Shown here: positions 19,878 through 27,825 of the stretch, piece after piece | Numbering within the stretch: position 1 is the first letter of the stretch | Layout: the number at the start of each line of letters is the position of its first letter | DNA from: Myxococcota bacterium | Lineage (GTDB): Bacteria > Myxococcota_A > UBA9160 > SMWR01 | Reading direction: 5' to 3' | Assembly: GCA_041579295.1 (NCBI GenBank) | Contig: JBFGGA010000002.1 | Span: forward strand, 1 to 50,336 | DNA length: 50,336 nucleotides | Position numbers and translations under genes: made by a program | The notes under the pieces: generated by a model | The model's input: only the letters and a program-made list of their open reading frames with translations | The model's database searches: none | Told to the model about the DNA's origin: nothing

Positions 19878-20163
19878 TGCCCGCGCAGTTCCGTCGGGGG
19901 AACGCGTTGCCGGGCGCTGGCGGGGGCCCAGTTGGCCTGGGTGATCGCCAGCACGCGCAGTTCCGTCGGGGGAACGCGTTGCCGGGCGCTGGCGGGGGCC
20001 CAGTTGGCCTGGGTGATCGCCAGCACGCGCAGTTCCGTCGGGGGAGCGCGTTGCCGGGCGCTGGCGGGGGCCCAGTTGGCCGGGGTGATCGCCAGCACGC
20101 GCAGTTCCGTCGGGGGAGCGCGTTGCCGGGCGCTGGCGGGGGCCGAGTCGGCCGGGGTGATGG
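19878..20163. repeat. 72-bp direct tandem repeat, about 4 copies, between convergent genes
   Basis: Period 72 (CGCGCAGTT at 19882, 19954, 20026, 20098). Copies 1 and 2 are identical, copy 3 has 2 substitutions, and copy 4 has 4 before diverging. Each unit holds two imperfect hairpins (ACGCG..GTTCC-gtcggg-GGAAC..CGCGT and GCTGGCG..CCCAG-ttggc-CTGGG..CGCCAGC). Confidence 0.9.
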
Positions 20164-20934
20164 CTAGATTCCGGAGCCCTTTTCTTCCAGGTGGATCCCG
20201 CACTCCTTGAGGTCGGAGCTCTCCCACCACCAGCGCCCGGAACGCAGATCGTCGCCGGGGCCGATCGCCCGCGAGCACGGGTCGCAGCCCACCGACGGAT
20301 AGCCCTCGCCGTGGAGCCGATTGACCGGAACGTCGAACTCCCGCACGTAGTCGAGAACCCGCTCGCGCGTCCAGTCGGCGATCGGGTTGAGCTTCGCGAT
20401 GCCACCGTGGGCCCGATCGATTTCGATCTTCTCCGTCTTCTCGCGCGCGCTGCTCTGATCGCGGCGAAGCCCGGTCACCCAGGCGTCGAGCCCCGACAGG
20501 AATCGGTTGAGCGGCTCGACCTTGCGGATCCTGCAGCAGAGCTCGCGCTTCTCGACGCTCTCGTAGAAGAGGTTCAAGCCGTGGTCCCGAACCATCGACT
20601 GCACGCGCTGCGCGTCCGGGAAGATGACCTCGACGGTCTTGCCGTAGCGCTCCCGCACGCGGTCGATGAGGTCGTAGGTGGCCTGCGGCAGGCGCCCGGT
20701 ATCGAGCACGAACACCCGCGAGGCGGGATCGAGCCGGTGCATCATGTCGAGCAGCACGAGCCCCTCGTGAGCCCCGAACGAGCACGAGAGCGCGATCCGA
20801 TCCGCAAAATTTTCCAGTCCCCAGATCAAGATCTCGCGCGCGCTCAGCGACTCCGCGACACCGGACCGGATGTACTCCAATACCTCGTCATTCAATCTAT
20901 TTTCCGATCCTTTCGCGGCGATCTCGAGTGCCAT
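20164..20934 (-). CDS. cysH: phosphoadenosine phosphosulfate / adenylyl-sulfate reductase (thioredoxin-dependent, Fe-S type)
   Basis: 256 aa from MALEIAAKGSE. PAPS-reductase core is present (LSCSFGAHEGLVLLDM, VFVLDTGRLPQATY, DAWVTGLRRDQS). It also carries the CC (ELCCRIRKVEP) and CxxC (SVGCDPCSR) cysteines typical of APS-reductase-type CysH. Confidence 0.85.
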   Translation of the reverse strand: MALEIAAKGSENRLNDEVLEYIRSGVAESLSAREILIWGLENFADRIALSCSFGAHEGLVLLDMMHRLDPASRVFVLDTGRLPQATYDLIDRVRERYGKTVEVIFPDAQRVQSMVRDHGLNLFYESVEKRELCCRIRKVEPLNRFLSGLDAWVTGLRRDQSSAREKTEKIEIDRAHGGIAKLNPIADWTRERVLDYVREFDVPVNRLHGEGYPSVGCDPCSRAIGPGDDLRSGRWWWESSDLKECGIHLEEKGSGI

Positions 20935-20942
20935 GGCCAAAA

Positions 20943-20970
20943 AGCATACTTGAGACTCGCACATTTTCAA
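20943..20970 (-). promoter_or_regulatory. candidate promoter of cysH (TTGAAA-16-TATGCT), -10 ends 8 nt before the ATG; leaderless candidate
   Basis: Minus strand reads TTGAAA atgtgcgagtctcaag TATGCT ttttggcc ATG, in the most AT-rich patch of this region. No Shine-Dalgarno. Confidence 0.5.
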
Positions 20971-21046
20971 ATAATACAACTGTGAACGACCGTATTAATG
21001 AGCGCGCGGATATCGGGCGAGCGCTGCGCGGACGCCGCGCGTCGGC

Positions 21047-22396
21047 TCAGTCGCGGATCGCCGCGACGAGCTGCTGGAAGACCTCGAGGTAGCGATCGAT
21101 GTCTTCGGGCACCGCGGCGAACGAGACCGCGGGGCCCGCGGTGACGACGGCCTCCCAGATGCCGCGGTTGGCCAGAAAGACGCGCTGCAGGCGGTTCGTT
21201 CCGAAGTCTGCGGCACGGCTCGCCTCGAGGGTGTTGCGCGGGGCCCGCTCGGCGTAGCACACGCCGGTGCGGCAGTAGAGCCGGTGCGCGGACCAGGGCA
21301 GGCCGGCCGCTTTCGAGATCCGCTCGATGCCGTCGGCGAGCCGCTCGCCGAGGTCTGCGGTGCGCGCGTGTCCCTCGGGCGTGAGGATCTCGCGCAGCGC
21401 GGCCCGAGCGCCGACGAGCCCGAGCGGGTTGCCGTGGAGGGTTCCGCCCAGCCACAGCGAAGTCGAATCGCCGCTGGGCCACTCGTCCCGCTCGACGTTC
21501 GCCTCACAGACGCGCGCGAGCGACTCGGTCATCCCGTAGACGCCGAGCGGAATCCCGCCCGCGATGCTCTTGCCCATCACCAGCAGGTCCGGCTCCAGGC
21601 TCCATGCCCGCGTGAGCCCTCCCCACGCGCAGACGTGGGTGTGCGTTTCGTCGACGAGCAGCAGCGCCCCATGGCTGCGGGAGAGATCGCGCAGCGACTT
21701 GTGGAAGCCCGGATCGGGCGCGACGACGTTCACGTTCGTGAGCGCGGGCTCGACCATCACGCAGGCCGTCGAGCGCTCGCGCAACACGCGCTCGACCGCA
21801 TCGAGATCGTTGAACTGGACCATGACGCTGTCGGGCCAGCGGCCGGACTGCAGCTCGTTCTCTCGGGCCGCCATCATCGTGTCGTCGATCAGTCCGTGGT
21901 ACCCGCCGTCGAAGGTCAGGATCCGCCGGCGGCCGGTCGCGGCGCGCGCGATGCGAATCGCCTCCGTGTTCGCGCTGGTCGCAGAGAGCGTGTACTGCCA
22001 GAACGGCAGCCCGAAGCGATCGGCCAGCAGCTCGGAGACCTCGACGCTCGCCTCGCTCGGCAGCAGGAACTGGGAGCCGCGCGCAACCTGCTCGGACACG
22101 GCGTCGACGACCTGCTGGGGCGCGAACCCACACGACATGCTCATGTCCGCGTGGTTCATGTCCAGGTAGCGGTGGCCGTCGATGTCGGTGAAGTAGGTGC
22201 CCCGCCCTTCCTTCACGAACAGGGTCGGGTGCGCGTAGAGCCCGGACATCCACGGCATCGGAACGCCGCTCGGCATCGAACGCCGCGCGCGCTCGAGCAT
22301 CTCGATGCTCTTCGGCCGTTCGGCGATGAAGCGCGCGAGCTCCTCTTCGTAGAGGTCGTCGATCCTTCCGCGGTCGATCTCGGCCACCTTCGGCAC
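21047..22396 (-). CDS. class-III PLP aminotransferase, glutamate-1-semialdehyde aminomutase-like
   Basis: 449 aa with a GTG start. Motifs YTLSATSANTEAIRIARAATGR, GGYHG, LLLVDETHT and the PLP-lysine context LVMGKSIAGGIPLG are as in GSA-AM-like enzymes. Confidence 0.85.
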   Translation of the reverse strand: MPKVAEIDRGRIDDLYEEELARFIAERPKSIEMLERARRSMPSGVPMPWMSGLYAHPTLFVKEGRGTYFTDIDGHRYLDMNHADMSMSCGFAPQQVVDAVSEQVARGSQFLLPSEASVEVSELLADRFGLPFWQYTLSATSANTEAIRIARAATGRRRILTFDGGYHGLIDDTMMAARENELQSGRWPDSVMVQFNDLDAVERVLRERSTACVMVEPALTNVNVVAPDPGFHKSLRDLSRSHGALLLVDETHTHVCAWGGLTRAWSLEPDLLVMGKSIAGGIPLGVYGMTESLARVCEANVERDEWPSGDSTSLWLGGTLHGNPLGLVGARAALREILTPEGHARTADLGERLADGIERISKAAGLPWSAHRLYCRTGVCYAERAPRNTLEASRAADFGTNRLQRVFLANRGIWEAVVTAGPAVSFAAVPEDIDRYLEVFQQLVAAIRD

Positions 22397-22596
22397 TCCC
22401 GGGAGCTCCGCCGGCTCGACGGGCCCGAAGAATCCGCGGGCCCGCCCCGCACACGATAGCGCTCGATACCGGGGCGATCCCCGGGTTGCGGGCAGTGCCG
22501 CGAGATCGACTCGAAGTTGGTTGGTGACCCGAATTTCGCCATAGGCGGAATTCCCGCCGAGCCGATATCCTCCCCGCCCGACATCTGGGAGGAACC

Positions 22597-24018
22597 ATGA
22601 ATTCGAACGACGCAGCGGGCCTCGCGATCGCGGAGGTCGGCGGCGGAACCGCAGAGCTCCAGGCGAAGGACAACCGATTCGTCCACCCCTGGGAAAACCT
22701 GAAGAACATCGGAAAGAACAAGCGACCCGTTCTCACCCGAGGCGAGGGAATCTACGTCTACGACAGCGACGGCAACCGCTACATCGACGGCCCCGCCGGG
22801 ATGTGGTGCGTGAACGTCGGCTACGGGCGACGCGAGATCGCGGACGCAGTTGCGAAGCAGCTCGCGGAGATGCCCTACGACAGCCCGTGGTCGTTCACGA
22901 ACATCCCCGCGGCGCAGCTCGCCGAACGCCTGACGGCGCTTGCGCCCGGAGACCTCAACCACGTCTTCTTCACGACGGCCGGCTCGCTCGCCGTCGATAG
23001 CGCGCTTCGATTCGTGATGTTCTACAACACCATCCTCGGTCGGCCCGAGAAGCGCCACATCATCACGAGACAGGACGCCTATCACGGGAGCACCTATCTC
23101 ACCGCTTCCTGCAGCGGAAAGGAGCGCGACAAGACCTATCAGGTGTTCGAGAAGGGGTTCATCCACCACCTCCCCTCGCCCAATCCCTATCGGCGCCCGG
23201 AAGGCATGAGCATCGACGCGTTCCGTGACGAGAAGGTCGCCGATCTCGAGAACAAGATCCTCGAGCTCGGCCCGGAGAACGTCGCCGTGTTCATCGCCGA
23301 GCCGGTGCTCGCGTCCGGCGGTGTGGTCGTTCCGCCGCCCGGCTACCAGAAGAAGTGCCTCGAGGTCTGCAGGCGCCACGACGTCCTCTACATCTCCGAC
23401 GAGGTCGTCACCGCTTTCGGCCGCTGCGGCCACATCTTCGCGAGCGAGGCCGTCTTCGACATCGTCCCGGACATCATCACGACCGCGAAGGGGATCTCGT
23501 CCGGCTACGTGCCCCTCGGCGCCACCTTCATCTCGGATCGACTGATCCAGGAGGCGGCGGCGGCGGGCTCGCCGCACTCGATCTTCGCCAACGGCTTCAC
23601 CTACTCGGGGCATCCGGCCTCGTGCGCGGCGGGACTCGCGACGCTCGACATCCTCGAGCGCGAGCGGATCTGCGAGCACGTTCGCGAGATCACGCCCTAC
23701 TTCCAGCAGAGATGGCAGGAGCTCCGCGACATCCCCCTCGTCGGCGACGTCCGCGGAGCGGGGTTGATCGCGTGCGTCGAATGCCAGATCGACCCGGAAA
23801 GAGACGACACCCTGAAGGTCGACTACGAAATCGGAAACCGCATCGACGATTACTGCCACGAGCTCGGCTTGATCCTGCGCCCCTTCATCAATCAGTGCAT
23901 CGTCTCTCCGCCGTTGACGATCACGCGCGAGCAGATCGACGAAATGGTCCAGATCCTCCGCACCGGGATCGAAAAAGCGATGGAAGACGCGCGAAGGGAC
24001 GGCCTGTTCAAGGGCTAG
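22597..24018 (+). CDS. class-III PLP aminotransferase (omega-amino acid/polyamine:pyruvate transaminase-like)
   Basis: 473 aa, with GGGAGG SD. Motifs FVHPWENL, YIDGPAGMWCVNVGYGR, AYHGST, ISDEVVTAFGRCG and TTAKGISSGYVPLG. Confidence 0.85.
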   Translation: MNSNDAAGLAIAEVGGGTAELQAKDNRFVHPWENLKNIGKNKRPVLTRGEGIYVYDSDGNRYIDGPAGMWCVNVGYGRREIADAVAKQLAEMPYDSPWSFTNIPAAQLAERLTALAPGDLNHVFFTTAGSLAVDSALRFVMFYNTILGRPEKRHIITRQDAYHGSTYLTASCSGKERDKTYQVFEKGFIHHLPSPNPYRRPEGMSIDAFRDEKVADLENKILELGPENVAVFIAEPVLASGGVVVPPPGYQKKCLEVCRRHDVLYISDEVVTAFGRCGHIFASEAVFDIVPDIITTAKGISSGYVPLGATFISDRLIQEAAAAGSPHSIFANGFTYSGHPASCAAGLATLDILERERICEHVREITPYFQQRWQELRDIPLVGDVRGAGLIACVECQIDPERDDTLKVDYEIGNRIDDYCHELGLILRPFINQCIVSPPLTITREQIDEMVQILRTGIEKAMEDARRDGLFKG

Positions 24019-24044
24019 CCGAGCGTTCGGCACGGGAGTACCCG

Positions 24045-24890
24045 ATGCACTTCGGCGTGACGATCTTCCCCACCGAATACGCGATTCCGATGAACGATCT
24101 CGGTTGCGCCGCCGAAGAGCGCGGCTTCGAATCGCTGTGGGTTTCGGAGCATACGCACATCCCTGTCTCGCGAAGGTCACCGTGGCCCGGAGGCGCCGAG
24201 CTTCCGAAGATGTACTACGACACGTTCGACCCGTTCGTGGCGCTCGCGTCCGCGGCAGCCGCGACGTCCCGAATCAGGCTGGCGACGGGAATCTGCCTGG
24301 TCGTCGAGCGCGACCCGATCCACACCGCGAAGCTGGTGGCCTCGCTCGATCAGCTCTCGGGCGGCCGCTTCGCGCTCGGGGTCGGCGGCGGCTGGAACCT
24401 CGAGGAGATGGAGAACCACGGCACTCGCCCGGAGAGCCGCTTCAAGTTGCTGCGCGAACGCATCGAGGCGATGAAGGCCATCTGGACCGAGGAGAAGGCC
24501 GAGTATCACGGCGACTTCGTCGACTTCGACCCGATCTTCATGTGGCCGAAGCCGATCCAGAAGCCGCATCCCCCGATCCACGTGGGCGGCGGATTTCCGG
24601 GCGGGGCGCGGCGCGCGATCCGCTACGGCGACGGCTGGATGCCGATCGGCGGCCGCGACGGCGACATCGCCGAGCTGCTGCCTCGATTCCGCGAGATGGC
24701 GCGCGACGCCGGGCGCGACCCGGAGGCGCTCGAGGTCTCGGTGTTCGCCGCGGAGGCGAGCGAATCCGCGCTGGCGCGCCAACGCGACGCGGGAATCTCG
24801 CGCGCGGTGCTGATGCTCCCGCCCACCTCGCGCGACGAGATCCTCCCGATCCTCGACCGCTACGCGGATCTGATGCGAGCGGTCGGCTAG
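24045..24890 (+). CDS. LLM class flavin/F420-dependent oxidoreductase (short form)
   Basis: ATG 24045 with GGGAG upstream; 281 aa. Motifs FESLWVSEHTHIP, RIRLATGICLVVERDPIHTAK, LSGGRFALGVGGGWN and HPPIHVGG. The upstream part of track ORF 23355..24890 overlaps the preceding gene and was dropped. Confidence 0.85.
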   Translation: MHFGVTIFPTEYAIPMNDLGCAAEERGFESLWVSEHTHIPVSRRSPWPGGAELPKMYYDTFDPFVALASAAAATSRIRLATGICLVVERDPIHTAKLVASLDQLSGGRFALGVGGGWNLEEMENHGTRPESRFKLLRERIEAMKAIWTEEKAEYHGDFVDFDPIFMWPKPIQKPHPPIHVGGGFPGGARRAIRYGDGWMPIGGRDGDIAELLPRFREMARDAGRDPEALEVSVFAAEASESALARQRDAGISRAVLMLPPTSRDEILPILDRYADLMRAVG

Positions 24891-25408
24891 AGCGGGCGAG
24901 ACGCGACCCAGCGCTGCACGGCGGCGGGGTCGCGAACCCGGCGCGCCAGCGTCTCGATGCTCTCGCCGAGCGTCGGGTGCACGAGATCCGGGGCCAGCGC
25001 GCAGAGCGGCTCGAGCACGAAGGCCCGCTCGGCCAGGCGCGGGTGCGGAATTTCGAGATCGGGCTCGCTCAGCTTCCGATCCCCGTAGAGCAGCAGATCG
25101 AGATCGAGCGTGCGGGGCGCGTTGCGTTCGGATCCGCGCGTGCGGCCGCGACCGACTTCGATCTCGAGCAACCGCTCCAGCAGCGCGCCGGGAGTCAGTT
25201 GGGTGGCGAGCTCGGCGACGGCGTTCAGATACAGGCGCTGTGGCAGCGGGCCGACCGGATCCGTCTCGTACACCGGCGAGACGGCGACGACTTCGATTCC
25301 GCGAGTCGCCCGCAGCGCGGCGAGCGCCGCGGCGAGGTGCGCGTCGCGGTCACCGAGATTCGAGCCCAGCGCGACGTAGACCCGCTCTTCGATCGCCTCG
25401 GCGTCCAT
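24887..25408 (-). CDS. folK: 2-amino-4-hydroxy-6-hydroxymethyldihydropteridine diphosphokinase
   Basis: 173 aa. Motifs VYVALGSNLGDR, VSPVYETDPVG, PRTLDLDLLLYG, IPHPRLAERAFVLEPL. Confidence 0.9.
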   Translation of the reverse strand: MDAEAIEERVYVALGSNLGDRDAHLAAALAALRATRGIEVVAVSPVYETDPVGPLPQRLYLNAVAELATQLTPGALLERLLEIEVGRGRTRGSERNAPRTLDLDLLLYGDRKLSEPDLEIPHPRLAERAFVLEPLCALAPDLVHPTLGESIETLARRVRDPAAVQRWVASRPL

Positions 25409-25424
25409 GCGCGGATTCTACAGC

Positions 25425-25430
25425 TACAAT
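25425..25430 (+). promoter_or_regulatory. candidate -10 box (TACAAT) 8 nt upstream of the aminotransferase GTG start; leaderless candidate
   Basis: TACAAT-ccaccgtc-GTG inside the 30-bp gap between divergent folK and the aminotransferase gene. No SD and no convincing -35. Confidence 0.3.
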
Positions 25431-25438
25431 CCACCGTC

Positions 25439-26716
25439 GTGTCAGCGCCTGCCAATCTCCCGCCCGAGATTGCGACTCCGATACCAGGGCCGCGCTCGCG
25501 AGCGCTCGCCCGGCGGCTCGGGGTCGTCGAGTGCCACAACATCATCTGCGTCGCCCCGCAGCCCCCGATCTTCTGGGAGCGGGCTTCGGGATCGAACGTC
25601 TGGGACGTGGACGGCAACCGCTTCGTGGACCTCACGGCCGGCTTCGGCGTGGCCAACATCGGCCACGCGCATCCGGGCGTGAGCCGGGCGGTCGCCGCGT
25701 GCGCCGGGCGCCTGCTGCACGGGCTCGGCGACGTGCACCCCTCCCTCGTCCGGCTCGAGCTGCTCGAGGCGCTCGTGCGTCACTTTCCGGGCGGCGTGCC
25801 GGCCCGCGCGATCCTGGGCTGCTCGGGCTCCGACGCGGTGGAGATCGCGCTCGAGACGGCGCTGCTCGTCACGGGCGCTCCCGGCGCGGTGGCGTTCGAA
25901 GGCGCGTACCACGGGCTGAGCCTCGGGGCGCGCGACGCGACCTGGCGGCCGACGTTCCGCGAACCGTTCGCCGCGCGACTCCCGGGCCTGACGGCGTTTG
26001 CGCGCTTCGGCGACGCGGCGGACGTGCGCCGCGCCGCGCGCGCCTGCGCGGCCCCTGTCGGTGCGGTGCTCGTCGAGCCGATCCAGGGGCGCGGCGGCGA
26101 GCGCATCCCGCCGGACGGTTTCCTCACGGAGCTCCGCAAGATCTGCGATGCCGAGGGTTGGCTGCTCGTCGCAGACGAGGTCTACACGGGCTTCGGGCGC
26201 ACGGGGCGATGGTTTGCGTGCGATCACGAGGGCGTCGTCCCGGACCTGCTCTGCGTCGCGAAGGGGCTGGCCTCCGGCATGCCGATCTCGGCGTGCCTCG
26301 GACGCGCGGCGCTGATGGACGCCTGGCCGGTCTCCGAGGGCGAGGCGCTGCGCACGCAGACCTTCCTCGGACATCCGCCGAGCTGTGCGGCCGCGCTCGC
26401 CTCGATCGCGGTGCTGGAAGAGGAGAAGCTGGTCGAACGCGCCGCGGAGCTCGGTGCCGTCGCGCTGGAGCGGCTCGGCGAGCGCTTGGCCGGGCGAGCG
26501 GGCATTCGCGACGTGCGGGGTCGCGGACTGCTTCTGGCCGTCGAGCTCGACAGCGCCGAGCGCGCGGATCGCGGCTGCGCGAACGCGCTCGCGGCAGGGC
26601 TGATCGCGCTGCCGAGCGGCGACGACGGCCGCGTGATCTCGATCTGCCCGCCGCTGTGCATCGAGCGCAAGCTGCTCGCGCTCGCGATCGACCGGTTGAC
26701 GGAGGCCATCCCGTGA
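25439..26716 (+). CDS. class-III PLP aminotransferase (4-aminobutyrate/acetylornithine aminotransferase-like), first gene of a 3-gene operon
   Basis: 425 aa from GTG 25439. Motifs PEIATPIPGPRSRAL, VWDVDGNRFVDLTAGFGVANIGHAHP, GAYHG, EPIQGRGG, VADEVYTGFGRTG, CVAKGLASGMP. Confidence 0.85.
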   Translation: MSAPANLPPEIATPIPGPRSRALARRLGVVECHNIICVAPQPPIFWERASGSNVWDVDGNRFVDLTAGFGVANIGHAHPGVSRAVAACAGRLLHGLGDVHPSLVRLELLEALVRHFPGGVPARAILGCSGSDAVEIALETALLVTGAPGAVAFEGAYHGLSLGARDATWRPTFREPFAARLPGLTAFARFGDAADVRRAARACAAPVGAVLVEPIQGRGGERIPPDGFLTELRKICDAEGWLLVADEVYTGFGRTGRWFACDHEGVVPDLLCVAKGLASGMPISACLGRAALMDAWPVSEGEALRTQTFLGHPPSCAAALASIAVLEEEKLVERAAELGAVALERLGERLAGRAGIRDVRGRGLLLAVELDSAERADRGCANALAAGLIALPSGDDGRVISICPPLCIERKLLALAIDRLTEAIP

Positions 26717-27825
26717 GTGCGGACCCCCGCCGCGCACGAATCGATCACCGCGTGCTCGAGTGGATGCGCGAATCCCGCTGGAGCTACGGCGAAGAGCGCT
26801 TCGAGGCGCTCGCCCTCGAGCTGTTCGCGTTTCAGTTCGCGCACTGCGAGATCTATCGGCGATACTGCGAAGGGCGCGGCCAAACCCCCGAAAAGGTCGA
26901 GACCTGGCGGCAGATCCCGGCGGTTCCGACCAGCGCGTTCAAGGAAGTCGAGCTGCGCTGCTTCCCGGCCGAGTGCACCGAGCACCGCTTCCGCACGAGC
27001 GGAACCTCGACGGACGTCCGGGGAACGCTCCACCTGGACACGCTGGAGCTCTACGAGGCCTCGCTGCTCCCGACCTTTCGCCGCTTCGTGTTTCCGGAGT
27101 TCCTGATGCCCGAGGATCGCGCGGCAATCCGCGTGCTCGCCCCGTCGAACGTCGAGCAGCCGGATTCGTCGCTCTCCCACATGTTCGCCGTGGTGCTCGA
27201 CGCGCTCGGCGAGCCGGGCAGCGATTTCGACGTCGAGCACGGCAAGCTCCAGTTCGACCGCGTGCTGACGGTCCTCGTCGAATCCGCGGCTTCGGAGGTG
27301 CCCATCGCGCTGTGCGGAACCGCCTTCGCGCTCGTGCACCTGATCGACCACATGAACGAGCGCGGCGTGCTGATCGGCCTACCGTCGGCATCGCGCATCA
27401 TGGAGACCGGAGGCTTCAAGGGGCGCTCCCGCGAGGTTCCGCGCAACGAGCTCTATGCCGAAATCAAACGCGTGCTCGGTGTGCCCGCCGAGCGGATCGT
27501 CAACCAGTACGGCATGACGGAGCTGGGCAGCCAGTTCTACGATTCGGTGATTCGCGCACCGAGCGAGCCCCGCCGCAAGCTCGGCCCGCCCTGGGCGCGG
27601 GTGGTCATCGTCGACCCCGAGACGGGCCACGAGGCGGCGACGGGGCAGGTGGGATCCATCGTCGTCGTCGATCTCGCCAACACCGGAAGCGTGCTTTCGC
27701 TGCGAACCGGCGACCTCGGCCGCGCCGTGCTCGACGGATTCGAGGTGATCGGGCGCGAGCCCGGCGCGGAGGCGCGGGGCTGCTCGATCGGCGCCGACGA
27801 GATCTTGGACCTGGAATCCCCGTGA
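26713..27825 (+). CDS. LuxE-like acyl-protein synthetase (adenylate-forming)
   Basis: 370 aa. GTG start overlaps the upstream stop (GTGA). Adenylating-enzyme-like motifs FRTSGTS, METGGFKGRS and QYGMTELGS. The overall layout matches the LuxE family as I recall it. Confidence 0.8.
   Translation: MSADPRRARIDHRVLEWMRESRWSYGEERFEALALELFAFQFAHCEIYRRYCEGRGQTPEKVETWRQIPAVPTSAFKEVELRCFPAECTEHRFRTSGTSTDVRGTLHLDTLELYEASLLPTFRRFVFPEFLMPEDRAAIRVLAPSNVEQPDSSLSHMFAVVLDALGEPGSDFDVEHGKLQFDRVLTVLVESAASEVPIALCGTAFALVHLIDHMNERGVLIGLPSASRIMETGGFKGRSREVPRNELYAEIKRVLGVPAERIVNQYGMTELGSQFYDSVIRAPSEPRRKLGPPWARVVIVDPETGHEAATGQVGSIVVVDLANTGSVLSLRTGDLGRAVLDGFEVIGREPGAEARGCSIGADEILDLESP

Noticed and set aside
19878-20163. 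Possible CRISPR array
   Set aside because: The repeats are directly abutting with no unique spacers, the 72-bp unit is too long, and no cas genes are present in the window.
19877-20167. 96-aa ORF made of four 24-aa repeats, starting at the ATG right after the FAH stop
   Set aside because: Any frame of a 72-bp repeat gives a repeat protein. Three of the four substitution positions between copies change an amino acid in this frame. Third-position GC (about three quarters) is below that of neighbouring genes. No SD is present. Kept only as a caveat in the repeat finding.
18461-20785. 774-aa minus-strand ORF, with similar long ORFs at 22213..24180 (-), 41579..43519 (-), 47887..49824 (-), 45751..48150 (+), 44441..45973 (+), 29714..31393 (+ part) and 25240..26712 (+ part)
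   Set aside because: All are alternative or antisense frames of genes with strong family signatures, or N-terminal run-ons upstream of the real start. They overlap neighbouring genes and lack SD sites.
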